Of a stretch of DNA of 32,000 nucleotides, positions 1 through 9,446 are shown in pieces (the stretch's first letter is position 1; every line of letters starts with the position of its first letter). This DNA is from Candidatus Methylomirabilis limnetica (GTDB lineage: Bacteria; Methylomirabilota; Methylomirabilia; Methylomirabilales; Methylomirabilaceae). Position numbers and translations under genes: made by a program. Below the pieces are notes generated by a model. It was not told the DNA's origin. It saw nothing but the letters and a program-made list of their open reading frames with translations, and did not search any database. The stretch is from NCBI RefSeq assembly GCF_003044035.1, contig NZ_NVQC01000017.1, positions 120,001-152,000 of the forward strand. Direction: 5' to 3'.

Positions 1-64
1 ATGCCATAACGCTGCTCCACGGTACGTTCCATTGAACACGCGGTGGCCAAGCTTATGACCGCTA

Positions 65-1240
65 TCATAACCGCAAAAGAGGCGACATGCTGTTGTGCCC
101 CATAACGGCCGCGAGAAAGTCGGCAATGGCGTCAGCGCCGCGTTGGGCTGCGGTGCTGTCTGGCTCCTCATGAAAGGTATAGGCGAATCCTGCGCGCTGC
201 TTGGGCAGGAATTGGGGGTGGGTTTCCGAAGCGACCTCCAGAGCCGGGCCGAGACCGTGCGAGACGTCGTCTATCACCTGTCCAAAGTGCCAATGCGCGT
301 AGTATGGATTATGCTCCCACGTAACCCTATGCGCGTTGAGAAAGATACAGGGCTTGGGATCGAGGAGAAACTCGTATACCTGGCTGCTCACGTCGCCCAG
401 ATAGATATCGGCCGCGAGCGTATACGTCATATCGGCTGAGGCCGGACTGCCGGTATCGATCAGGATATTTGGGACCCCTTTGTAACGGCGCGGAAGCCAT
501 GTACCGTGCCGCCAGCGGCGCGCAAAGAGCACGACGTGTGGCGCAAAGATGAGGTTGTAGTGCGGATTGGCAACAAAGAAATCGAGGACCGCGTGTCCCA
601 TCCTGGCCCATGACGCGACCTTCTGGTCGAAGTGCGGGTTATAGACGACGACCGGGTTGGCGTTGTGGAACAAGCGCGGTCGCTTGGGCTTGAGAGCTCG
701 AACGACATCGAACTTCGGCCAGCCGATCACCGCGTAGCGACCGGCACACAGATGGCCTTCCTTTATGAACCGGTCGACGTATTTTTGCCCAGGCAACAGC
801 ACGAAATCGAACAGCGTGACGTGCTCGTCCCTCGTTCCTTCGCGGTCGCCGGCGCCATGCCGCGTGTGGATGAGTTTCAAATCCCTCAGGCCGTATTGCG
901 TGCGCAACCGTCGGCAGTGTCGCTCCGGCGCGACCAGTGCGTCGAGGCTCCTGAAGAAATCAAGATTGTCCTTGAGAATGCGCTTCTTACGCTCGAATGT
1001 GAACTTTGACACCACAGGATCGATCAGAGGATACCACCACGCCGGGTGGAGGCGGAGGAGTGTGCAGCGATGCCCGGGATAGAGCTCGCCGATCGATCTG
1101 GCCATGTCGGCCTCAGCTTCGGTTGAGGCGGCGATGATCACCTCGAATTCCGGGTGCCGGCGCGACAGTTCGTAGGCGTAGGGCGTCGCGTGCGGCACCT
1201 GATGCGGCGAGTAGTGGTTGAAGAGGAAGCCGATGCGCAT
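65..1240 (-). CDS. Putative GT-B-fold glycosyl/glycerophosphotransferase-like protein (function uncertain)
   Basis: ORF 65..1276. Its first codon is TTG; the first ATG (MRIGFLFNH...) is at 1240. It has a Rossmann-like N-terminus and an HTRHGAGDR His motif reminiscent of TagF-type/GT-B transferases. It is co-directional with and directly downstream of the asnB-like gene. The family call comes from motif memory only. Confidence 0.55.
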   Translation of the reverse strand: MRIGFLFNHYSPHQVPHATPYAYELSRRHPEFEVIIAASTEAEADMARSIGELYPGHRCTLLRLHPAWWYPLIDPVVSKFTFERKKRILKDNLDFFRSLDALVAPERHCRRLRTQYGLRDLKLIHTRHGAGDREGTRDEHVTLFDFVLLPGQKYVDRFIKEGHLCAGRYAVIGWPKFDVVRALKPKRPRLFHNANPVVVYNPHFDQKVASWARMGHAVLDFFVANPHYNLIFAPHVVLFARRWRHGTWLPRRYKGVPNILIDTGSPASADMTYTLAADIYLGDVSSQVYEFLLDPKPCIFLNAHRVTWEHNPYYAHWHFGQVIDDVSHGLGPALEVASETHPQFLPKQRAGFAYTFHEEPDSTAAQRGADAIADFLAAVMGHNSMSPLLRL

Positions 1241-1295
1241 AGTGTCCAGGCTCTGTTCGTGATCGTCGGCGCGCAATGCGGGAGCTGCAGCCGCT

Positions 1296-3263
1296 TCAGG
1301 CGGTACGCTCGCACGGGATTGCGGATTCGGCCGCCTGATGTCGCCGCCACTGCTGGAACATCAGAACGCACCACAGCAACCGCTGGCGGTTGTGCGACCC
1401 CGCAAGGTGTTCGCGCCAGCGCGCGCGGACAAGGGTGGGGTTGAAAAAGCCATCCTCGGCGAGCCGCTGCTCGTCGAGAAGCTCTTCCGCCCACGGCCGC
1501 AATGGACCGCGAAGCCACACCTTTACCGGCACGGCAAAGCCCCTTTTCGGGCGGTCAACGAGCGCTCGCGGCACATGCCGGTAGAGGACCTGGCGCAGCA
1601 GCCGCTTGTTCTCGCCTGCACCGGCGTATTTGAGCGCCGGCGTAAGGCGCCAGACATATTCCACAATGCGATGGTCAAGCAGCGGAACACGAACCTCAAG
1701 GCCGAACGCCATGCTCGCCCGATCCACCTTGGTAAGGATGCCATCCGGCAGACGTGTGGTCATATCGAGGCAGCCTATGCGTTCCATGAAGTCGGGCAAG
1801 CTAGCGCCTGCCGTCGCGTCCTGGAGCAGATCCGGCCGCTCACGCGCGCCAGGGATGACGGCGGCCGGGTCCTCCGGCGTACTGACCACCTGACGGTAGA
1901 GGTCGCCCTCAGTTACCGCCGCGAAGGCGTGGGTTAGCTCGCTCACCCGACTGAGCGAGAGTCCGGGGCGGAGGAAGACCGGGAGGACGCCACACAGCAT
2001 TGCGTTTCCCGCCAGGACCCAACGGGCGGCGGCGGCCATGGCGCCCCGCAGCGGCATGGGCAGGTATCTGCCTGCCTGCGCGAGGGCCCGCGCCCTATAA
2101 TATTTCTTGTAGCCCCCGAATAACTCGTCGCCACCGTCGCCCGAGAGCGCCACGGTGACGTGACCCCGGGTCAACTTCGAGAGGAGCAGGGTCGGGATCT
2201 GGGAACTGTCGGCAAACGGCTCATCATACCAGCGCGGCAACTCAGGAATGATCTCCAAGGCGTGCTCGGGCGCGACGTACAGTTCGGTGTGCGCGGCGCC
2301 GAGATGCGCCGCCACGGCGCGAGCGTGGCGAGCCTCATCGTAGCGCGGCTCCGCGAAACCGATCGTGTAGGTGTTGACGGGACGGCTGCTCTGCGCCTGC
2401 ATCAGGGCCACGACCAGGGACGAATCGATCCCGCCGGAGAGCAAGGCGCCCAGCGGTACGTCGGCGGCCATATGACGGCCGACAGCGTCGCGCAGCAGGG
2501 ATTCTAGGCCGTCGACGGCCTCCGCCTCGCTGATGTCGAGACGGTTAGCAGCGGCCGCAGCGGCGACCTGCCGTGCGTCCCAATAGGGACGGACCTCGGG
2601 TGCGCCGGAATGGGGTAGCACAAGCAGATGGCCTGGCGGCAGCTTGCTGACCCTGCGATAGATGCTGTACGGGGCGGGTACGTGACTGTAACGAATGAAA
2701 GCGGCAAGGCTGTCCCGGTCGATCTCTGGTGTCCAGCCACCATGCGCGCGCAACGCCTTGAGCTCGGAGCCGAACAGAAACAGTTCGCCGAATCGGGCCC
2801 AGTAGAGCGGCTTGATGCCGATGCGATCACGCGCCAGCACCAGCGTCCGCGTGGCCCGGTCCCACACGGCAAAGGCGAACATGCCGTTGAGCCGCCCGAG
2901 CGCGGTTTCGACGCCCCACTCGGCGCACGCCTCGACCAAGACCTCGGTGTCCGAGTGTCCGCGAAACGGTCGTCCTGCCGCCACTAACGCGTCGCGCAGT
3001 TCGGCGTGATTGTAGATCTCGCCGTTGTAGGTCAGGACAAGGCGCCCGCAGGAAGAGACCATCGGCTGGCGCCCCGCTGGCGAGAGGTCGAGGATCGCGA
3101 GCCGCCGGTGTGCCAGCGATACCCCCACCGCCGGATCGGTCCATACGCCGGAGCCGTCCGGCCCGCGGTGGCGCAGGGTCGCCGCCATCGCCGCGCCTGT
3201 CGCCGCCAACTCATCGGCGTTGAGCGTGCTGCGCGCGTCAAGGAATCCGGCAATACCGCACAC
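1296..3263 (-). CDS. asnB: Asparagine synthase (glutamine-hydrolysing) family amidotransferase
   Basis: N-terminal MCGIAGF supplies the Ntn Cys2 nucleophile. The start is GTG at 3263, with a GGAGG Shine-Dalgarno about 8 nt upstream. The SGGIDSS PP-loop motif is present. The 655-aa length is typical of the family. Confidence 0.9.
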   Translation of the reverse strand: MCGIAGFLDARSTLNADELAATGAAMAATLRHRGPDGSGVWTDPAVGVSLAHRRLAILDLSPAGRQPMVSSCGRLVLTYNGEIYNHAELRDALVAAGRPFRGHSDTEVLVEACAEWGVETALGRLNGMFAFAVWDRATRTLVLARDRIGIKPLYWARFGELFLFGSELKALRAHGGWTPEIDRDSLAAFIRYSHVPAPYSIYRRVSKLPPGHLLVLPHSGAPEVRPYWDARQVAAAAAANRLDISEAEAVDGLESLLRDAVGRHMAADVPLGALLSGGIDSSLVVALMQAQSSRPVNTYTIGFAEPRYDEARHARAVAAHLGAAHTELYVAPEHALEIIPELPRWYDEPFADSSQIPTLLLSKLTRGHVTVALSGDGGDELFGGYKKYYRARALAQAGRYLPMPLRGAMAAAARWVLAGNAMLCGVLPVFLRPGLSLSRVSELTHAFAAVTEGDLYRQVVSTPEDPAAVIPGARERPDLLQDATAGASLPDFMERIGCLDMTTRLPDGILTKVDRASMAFGLEVRVPLLDHRIVEYVWRLTPALKYAGAGENKRLLRQVLYRHVPRALVDRPKRGFAVPVKVWLRGPLRPWAEELLDEQRLAEDGFFNPTLVRARWREHLAGSHNRQRLLWCVLMFQQWRRHQAAESAIPCERTA

Positions 3264-3434
3264 CTGCGCGCCTCCTCGAACTGGCGTTCGGTTTTCTGTG
3301 CTTCAAGACGGGTTGCTCCACATCGCTCGGATGTCCTGTGAAGGCAAGTGGCAGGTACCGTCGCCTGCTTGACGCCGCGCAAGCAGATGTATCACGACTA
3401 GTCCGACACAGTGGTCAGTTCTCACTCCGCACCT

Positions 3435-4655
3435 TCATCCCTTGGCCGCGCCCCCTGTCACGAGCTCGTCGGACGGAGGGGCGCCAGCGACACCGAGGAG
3501 AACCTTGAGGTAACGCTCCACCGCGTGATCGACGCTATAGCAGCGCGCTCGCGCGCGCAAGCGCCCGCGATCGGGGGGACGGTCGAGCACCGACTCTACG
3601 GCCGCCGCGAGCGCGGCGTCGTCACCCACGGGAACAAGCGGCCCGTACACGCCGCCGTCCAGAATCTCGGCGGCGCCGCCGGGACAATCCGTGCTCACGA
3701 CGGGGCAGCCGCAAGCCATCGCCTCGATGAGCACACCCGGCAATCCCTCCCAGGCGGAGGAGAGCACAAAAACGGCGCTGCGTACCATGTAGGGATAGGG
3801 GTTGTCGACGTAGCCCGGAAGCTCGACGTCGTCGGCAATCCCGAGTGTTTCAGCGAGCGCCACGAGCCGCGCACGTCGGTCGCCTTTACCGTCGCCCAGG
3901 ATCAGGAGCTTCGCCGGCCTCTTCGAGCGCAGCCTCGCGAAGGCGCGAAGCAGGGTGGGAAAATCCTTCTGCGCCGCGAGCCGACCGACGCCGAGGACCA
4001 CGGGCGGCTGACCAGGCCGATACCAGGGATGATCGAGGGGTGCGCACGCCTTCTCCTCGAGCTCGGGTGTGACTACGGGGTTGGGGATGGTTGCAATACT
4101 CTCGTGTGGAATACCGGTTACCCGTGATAGATCGTGCGCGACATCCTCTGAAACAGCGATAAAGGCGTCAGCCCAGCGGTAGAACAGCCGTGCGAACACC
4201 GGCAGTAGTGGTCGGGGCAGCCTCTTCCAGTTCCAGGCGGAGCGCGAGAGGTGATTGCTCGCGCGCAGCACCAGGCGCGTTCCCGTGCGCGCCAGGCGGC
4301 GCGCCCACACCGCCGCGAGGTTGACGTGACTGGCCGCCGCCAGCAGGACATCTGGACGCTCTTGGCGCAGATAGCGTGCCAACGCCGGCACGCTTGCCCC
4401 CACTTGCAGGCGGTGTCCGCCGCGGACCAAGGGAAAGCGGAGCAGCCAGGATTCGAGCCGTACGAGCCGTACACGGGGCGAAAGCGCGCTCTGCAATGAG
4501 CCGTCCGAGCGCACGACTACAAGATGAACCTCGTGTCCGCGCGCGGCGAACGCGTGCGCGAGAGTGAGCGTGCGCCGCTGGGCTCCGCCACCCGACAGAT
4601 TGGCCACGAAAAGCGCGATCACGCTGTTCGCGATCGGTGGAGCGCCCACACTCAC
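3435..4655 (-). CDS. Glycosyltransferase family 4 (GT-B fold)
   Basis: The C-terminal EGLPGVLIEAMACGCPVVSTD contains an E-x7-E motif. The N-terminal FVANLSGGGAQR Gly-rich loop is present. The GTG start overlaps the stop of the upstream spt-like gene as GTGA (4652-4655), so the two genes are translationally coupled. Confidence 0.85.
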   Translation of the reverse strand: MSVGAPPIANSVIALFVANLSGGGAQRRTLTLAHAFAARGHEVHLVVVRSDGSLQSALSPRVRLVRLESWLLRFPLVRGGHRLQVGASVPALARYLRQERPDVLLAAASHVNLAAVWARRLARTGTRLVLRASNHLSRSAWNWKRLPRPLLPVFARLFYRWADAFIAVSEDVAHDLSRVTGIPHESIATIPNPVVTPELEEKACAPLDHPWYRPGQPPVVLGVGRLAAQKDFPTLLRAFARLRSKRPAKLLILGDGKGDRRARLVALAETLGIADDVELPGYVDNPYPYMVRSAVFVLSSAWEGLPGVLIEAMACGCPVVSTDCPGGAAEILDGGVYGPLVPVGDDAALAAAVESVLDRPPDRGRLRARARCYSVDHAVERYLKVLLGVAGAPPSDELVTGGAAKG

Positions 4656-5908
4656 GGTCTCACAGACCCTCCGTCGTGGAAGGCCTGCGGACGGATGGCG
4701 CCGTGGCTGTCGGCACGGTCAGAGGATAGGATCACTTTGACGGACGCGAAGGCCTCGCAGATGCGGTCGATCTGGTCAGGGGTGTGCGCCGCGCTCACGC
4801 TGCATCGGAGTAGACTCCCCCCATCGGGGGTAGCGGGTGGCAGGATCATGTTCACGTACACGTCTTGACGGAAAAGACCGTTCCAGAAGGCGATCGTATC
4901 TTCCGCCTGTCCGATTCGAACCGCGATGATCGGACTGGGTTCCGGACCCAGCCTGAATCCCAAACCTTTCAACGAGTCGTACAACCGCTGCGCGTTGGTC
5001 CAGAGCTTAAGACGCAGCTCGGGTGCCGTTCGGAGTCTTCGCAGGGCAGCCCTTGTGGAGGCAACAACCGATGGACATAGGGAGGCAGTGAAGATATACG
5101 GGCGACTGGCATACCGGACCAGTTCCATCACTGGATGATCCGAAACACAGAACCCGCCGGTGGCACCCAGGCTCTTACTGAAGGTCCCGACGATAAAATC
5201 GACACTGTCCTCGACACCGGCCTCCTCGGAGCGCCCGCGGCCACGCTCTCCCAAGACTCCAAGCGAGTGGGCCTCGTCCAGGAGCAGATAGGCGCCATGC
5301 TCCCGTTTCAAGGCCGCTATCTCCACCAGCGCCGATCTATCCCCCAGCATACTGTAGAGACCTTCTGCGATGATCAGCGTGTTGGGGCAACGCTTCCCCA
5401 GACGTGTCAGACGCTTATGGAGGTCAGCGGTATCGTTGTGGCGGAATCGAATGACCTCAGCACCGCTCATCCGGCAGCCATCATAGATGCTCGCATGGCA
5501 ATCGGCATCGATCAGAATTACGTCTCCAGGACCGGCGAGCGCTGAAATGACGCCCAGGTTAGCCAGGTAGCCGGTCGAGAAGACATCGCACCATCGACGT
5601 CCATAAAACTCTGCCAGCTCTCTCTCTAACGCAAGGTGTCCAATGAAATTACCATTCGCCATTCTGGAACCGGTGGTACCTGTTCCTTGCTCCCGCACGG
5701 CGTGGGCCGCGGCTTCAATACACTGAGGATCGAACGTTAACCCCAGGTAGTTGTTCGTCCCTGCCAGGATCACCGGACGGCCGTTCACGACGGCCTCGGT
5801 CGGCGACAAGAGGCGCTCGATCGTCACCCGGAAGGGATCCTCGCTCACCATTGCTAATGATTTCCGGGCATCGGCCAACTGTCGGAACTTCTTCAGGAGA
5901 GCCATCAC
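4652..5908 (-). CDS. spt: PLP-dependent alpha-oxoamine synthase, serine palmitoyltransferase-like
   Basis: Alpha-oxoamine synthase family motifs are present: DEAHSLG and the PLP-lysine motif GTFSKSLG. The start (GTG 5908 or ATG 5905) overlaps the ACP stop codon. Operon partners are an ACP, an SDR and an acyl-AMP ligase. Discriminating Spt from BioF/Kbl/CqsA rests on gene context, not on sequence alone. Confidence 0.75.
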   Translation of the reverse strand: MMALLKKFRQLADARKSLAMVSEDPFRVTIERLLSPTEAVVNGRPVILAGTNNYLGLTFDPQCIEAAAHAVREQGTGTTGSRMANGNFIGHLALERELAEFYGRRWCDVFSTGYLANLGVISALAGPGDVILIDADCHASIYDGCRMSGAEVIRFRHNDTADLHKRLTRLGKRCPNTLIIAEGLYSMLGDRSALVEIAALKREHGAYLLLDEAHSLGVLGERGRGRSEEAGVEDSVDFIVGTFSKSLGATGGFCVSDHPVMELVRYASRPYIFTASLCPSVVASTRAALRRLRTAPELRLKLWTNAQRLYDSLKGLGFRLGPEPSPIIAVRIGQAEDTIAFWNGLFRQDVYVNMILPPATPDGGSLLRCSVSAAHTPDQIDRICEAFASVKVILSSDRADSHGAIRPQAFHDGGSVRP

Positions 5909-6153
5909 CTATGCTCCATAAGTTGCTCGATCTGCCTGGCAAAATCCCCAATGGTTCGTACATCCGAAACGATGTTGAGAGGAATGGAGATGTCGAACCG
6001 TTCCTCCAACTCAAGCAGAAGCTCCATGACCTTCAGCGAATCGAGATTGAGATCGGCTACGAGCTCTGTCTCCCCTGAAAGGATCTGTCCCACCTGCCCA
6101 TATGGCTGCAGGATCTCGTAGAGTTGCGGCAGTATCGTCTCGTAGTGAGTCAT
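5905..6153 (-). CDS. Acyl carrier protein
   Basis: This is an 82-aa acidic protein. It carries the phosphopantetheine attachment motif DLNLDSL (DSL serine). Confidence 0.85.
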   Translation of the reverse strand: MTHYETILPQLYEILQPYGQVGQILSGETELVADLNLDSLKVMELLLELEERFDISIPLNIVSDVRTIGDFARQIEQLMEHR

Positions 6154-6180
6154 CTGTAAATTAGCCTGACGTGAATAAGG

Positions 6181-7134
6181 TTATGCGCCCGCCCCTTGCC
6201 ATGGTAACGGAAAATCAAGAGTGAGCCTCAGACCTTCTTCCAAACGCACCTTTGGCGTCCAGTTGGCAACTCGGCAGAACGGAGCGTTATCGCAGATCCA
6301 GTCCGGGTGCCTGAACTCCCGCACCTTTCCAGGGGTGAACATCGGCGCGTATCCTATCACGGATGCCACGATCTTGTTGAGCCTCGCGCCGACATTAGGG
6401 ATCAGCTCCGGCACCTGAAAATGGATCACCCGTTTTCCGCGAAGTCGCTGGAAGGTCTCAATAACCTCATGCCAAGTATATCCATTAGGATGCCCATCAT
6501 CTAACTCGAACGCTCGTTTCTCTACGGTATTGCTGATCAACCATTGTATCACGGCCTCTGCCAAGTCTTCCACATAGAGCAAGGAGAATCTGCCGTCTTT
6601 TCGACCCAGTATGGGGGCGATCCCGTACAGCATCAGACGAAGCAGAGGACGAATCGCGCGGTCCTCGGGGCCATAGACCACTGGAGGGCGAAGCGCGGTC
6701 CACGGGAGCCGATCGGCCGTTTCAGATAGGGCGAGCTCCCCCAGCCGCTTGCTGGCTGCGTAGGGTGACAACTCCGGCTCTCGAGCCGCCAACGATGATA
6801 TCAGTAGAAATCTGGGCACGGGGCTTCGGCTGGCGGCAATATGGGCCAGCCGTGAGACCGCCTCAACGTTCGCCCGGTAAAAGTCGGCCTCGGTGATCCC
6901 GCGTACCGCCCCTGCGCAGTGGATCACGGCATCCGCATCGCCCACCAGACTTTCGAGGCAATCGCGATCTTCGAATGTACCCAGAACCCACTGAAGCGGA
7001 GTACTCGTAAGGCGGGCTGTCGGGGACGGTGACCGGCGTAGCGCACGTACGCGCCATCCTCCTTGTATCAGTCTCCGGGCTACAGCACTCCCAATGAATC
7101 CCGTCGCCCCCGTTAATGCAACAATGTCCCGCAT
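6181..7134 (-). CDS. cerR: NAD(P)-dependent epimerase/dehydratase-family SDR (ceramide/3-ketosphinganine reductase candidate)
   Basis: The N-terminal GATGFIGS motif indicates a Rossmann fold. The catalytic YAASK (YxxxK) motif is present. The ATG at 7134 lies 22 nt inside the 3' end of the upstream ligase gene. The cerR assignment follows from synteny with spt, acp and the ligase. Confidence 0.7.
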   Translation of the reverse strand: MRDIVALTGATGFIGSAVARRLIQGGWRVRALRRSPSPTARLTSTPLQWVLGTFEDRDCLESLVGDADAVIHCAGAVRGITEADFYRANVEAVSRLAHIAASRSPVPRFLLISSLAAREPELSPYAASKRLGELALSETADRLPWTALRPPVVYGPEDRAIRPLLRLMLYGIAPILGRKDGRFSLLYVEDLAEAVIQWLISNTVEKRAFELDDGHPNGYTWHEVIETFQRLRGKRVIHFQVPELIPNVGARLNKIVASVIGYAPMFTPGKVREFRHPDWICDNAPFCRVANWTPKVRLEEGLRLTLDFPLPWQGAGA

Positions 7135-8939
7135 GGCTCCGCTTGCGGGCGGGGTTGTATTGGACGAGTCCCGGCGGATCCGTTTTGGCTGTGAAAGAGC
7201 TGGGCTACGTTATTGCGGCTCAGGAATTCTTCCCGAGTCTTCGAGCGGGAAAGTTTCCCGGATGACGTGCGCGGCAGCGTACGGGGAGGAACGAGCTCAA
7301 CGAAACAGTCGATCGCGAACTGCTCGCGGATCAACCCATGCAACCGATGGATACATTCGGTCCGCTTGACGGCATTCAGCTCCCGGTACTGGACGACCAT
7401 CACGGCCAATTCAGTTCGGTTAGGAGTCTCGATCGAGAACGCGCATGCGTCGCCTATTCTGATTTCTGGTAATTCCTCGGCGAGATGTTCTAAGTCCTGA
7501 GGCCAGATGTTTCGACCGTGAATGATAATGACGTCTTTCTTCCGGCCAATGATGACAATGCTCCCTTCCACGAGATAGCCAATGTCTCCGGTATCAAGCC
7601 ACCCATCAGAGGACAGGACCTTCCGAGTTTTCCCACGATCTCCGAGGTATCCGGACATGATGCTGGCACCCCGCGCAAAGATCACTCCGGCGCGGCGATC
7701 CGGGAGAACCTGACCCTGCTCATCTCGCACCTCAACCTGAATCCCAGGGAGAGCCGTGCCGCAATTGACAAAGCGGCTCGTATTTGTCACATCCGTTTCC
7801 GATTCGCACCCACGTCCGTTGAGCGGCATCGCTACTCCACGCTCTGACAAAGGCGTCCGCTCAACGTGATCAACGGTGATCCCTTCACCGAGGGATGCAA
7901 AGCTGATGGCAAGGGACGCCTCCGCCATGCCATAGCAGGCCAAAAAGGCGCCTGGCTTGAACCCGCTGGGTGCGAAGGCTGCTGCAAACTCCTCCAGGAC
8001 ATCAGGCCGAATCGTTTCAGCGCCTACCCCTGCGGCTCGCCACGCGCTGAGATCGAACTTGCCGACATCATCCCGCCTGAGACGCCTCGCACACATCTCG
8101 TATCCGAAAGTCGGACTGAAAGAGATGGTGGCCTTGGTCTGCGTCATCAGGGACAACCACAATCGGGGTCGCATGGCAAAGGATCGCGTTTTCAGGTAAT
8201 CCACCGAGACCTGGCCCACCATCGGCGCAAGCACGAACCCGACAAGCCCCATGTCATGATAAAAAGGCAGCCAGGATACAGCGCGATCTCCGGGACGAAT
8301 CTTGAGGCCTTGCGCGAGGATACCCTCCAGATTGGCGAGCACTGCAGTTTGGGTGATCATCACCCCTCGGGGCAACAGGGTGCTCCCCGAGGTGTATTGG
8401 ATATAGGCCATCTCCGTGGAGCTTAAAGGCTCTAACTCCTGTTGGACTTCTGGAAGGCACGTGAAGGCTTCTACGGTCCCGATATGGTCCAACTCGAGGC
8501 CCTCGGAGGCCTCGCTCAGGAATGGGAAGAATTCAGGACCAGCCACCGCAACAGACGGCTGACAGTTCGCCAAAAGCGCCCTGAGTTGGGTGACGTATCT
8601 TTTGTGACCGCTTATCAGGAGCGAAGCCGACAGCGGAACAGGCACGAGGCCGGCATACTGACACGCGAAAAAGAAGCGTGGAAAATCCGGATCTGTGTCC
8701 GCAACGATCGCCACTCGAGATCCTCGCTCGAGTCCCAGACTCAAAAGGCGGCGCGCCAGTGATCGTGCCTGTTCTCGAAGATCAGCATAAGGCAGGACTG
8801 CGTGCAACTCGCCTTGGTCCCCATAGAAATTGCATCCAGTCTCTCCACTGGCTGCATAATCCAGGGCCTCGGCCAACGTGGAAAAGCCACTGATTCGAAG
8901 TGGCACGGTGTTTTCAGTCGGCGTAGGTCCTGTTTTCAT
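7113..8939 (-). CDS. Fatty acyl-AMP ligase / acyl-ACP synthetase (ANL superfamily)
   Basis: The AMP-binding core YTSGSTLLPRGV is present, along with GDIGY and GRKKDVIIIHGRNIWPQDLE as seen in FAAL-type enzymes. The ORF runs to 8963, but the ATG at 8939 follows a GGGAAGGA Shine-Dalgarno, so that start is preferred. Confidence 0.85.
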   Translation of the reverse strand: MKTGPTPTENTVPLRISGFSTLAEALDYAASGETGCNFYGDQGELHAVLPYADLREQARSLARRLLSLGLERGSRVAIVADTDPDFPRFFFACQYAGLVPVPLSASLLISGHKRYVTQLRALLANCQPSVAVAGPEFFPFLSEASEGLELDHIGTVEAFTCLPEVQQELEPLSSTEMAYIQYTSGSTLLPRGVMITQTAVLANLEGILAQGLKIRPGDRAVSWLPFYHDMGLVGFVLAPMVGQVSVDYLKTRSFAMRPRLWLSLMTQTKATISFSPTFGYEMCARRLRRDDVGKFDLSAWRAAGVGAETIRPDVLEEFAAAFAPSGFKPGAFLACYGMAEASLAISFASLGEGITVDHVERTPLSERGVAMPLNGRGCESETDVTNTSRFVNCGTALPGIQVEVRDEQGQVLPDRRAGVIFARGASIMSGYLGDRGKTRKVLSSDGWLDTGDIGYLVEGSIVIIGRKKDVIIIHGRNIWPQDLEHLAEELPEIRIGDACAFSIETPNRTELAVMVVQYRELNAVKRTECIHRLHGLIREQFAIDCFVELVPPRTLPRTSSGKLSRSKTREEFLSRNNVAQLFHSQNGSAGTRPIQPRPQAEPCGTLLH

Positions 8940-9314
8940 TCCTTCCCTACCCCCTCTATACATTACGCCGTTGCCTGATCATTCCTGCCTCTCACCATTA
9001 GCGACGCCCCTCACAGTAAGCCAAGAAGGAGTAGAATCGACCGAACTGTTCCCGCACTCCTCAATAGAGCTTGACCACTTGACGACGCGCCACGCGCATC
9101 GCACCAAGGGAGAGACGGCAGCTACCCTCACAAGCCTGCAAGAGGGCACTGGCGTCTCGAGGCCTACGGCAGGCAGCTCTCGTACGAGACTCGCATTAGT
9201 GCCGGATGAATAAATATTGAAAGTTTTCATGATGTCCTGGATAATAACGCGTACTCAAGGCCATGAATAGACCTGCCTACCCCACCATCGAACTTACGAC
9301 ATTGCATTATATAC

Positions 9315-9329
9315 AAGACCTGAGGTCTT
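9315..9329. promoter_or_regulatory. Perfect palindrome AAGACC-TGA-GGTCTT in the divergent spt-operon/bcerS control region
   Basis: The palindrome is read directly from the sequence. It lies in the AT-rich stretch (about 9200-9360) between the two divergent lipid transcription units. Confidence 0.3.
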
Positions 9330-9446
9330 TCACAATAAGAAAGTGAGGTGTATCATAATCGTTGCACTAACACAACAACTCCCCTGCGGCACAGGGACGT
9401 TGGACCAGAGCCCCGCAACCCGTACACCAACAGGGAACCTCTTACT

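Noticed and set aside
1-64. Possible start of another minus-strand gene (ATG at 7-5 preceded by GGAG)
   Set aside because: Only two codons lie inside the window, so the gene cannot be supported.
3411-4127. 238-aa plus-strand ORF
   Set aside because: It is antisense to the GT4 glycosyltransferase, which has clear E-x7-E family motifs.
1296-8939. Alternative reading of AsnB + acyl-AMP ligase + ACP + PLP enzyme as an exosortase/PEP-CTERM EPS-associated set or a CqsA-type alpha-hydroxyketone autoinducer synthase locus
   Set aside because: No exosortase, PEP-CTERM or polysaccharide export genes are visible. The PLP enzyme is an alpha-oxoamine synthase rather than a decarboxylase. The SDR and the divergent GNAT N-acyltransferase complete the ceramide set. 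The alternative remains the main hypothesis to exclude by phylogeny.
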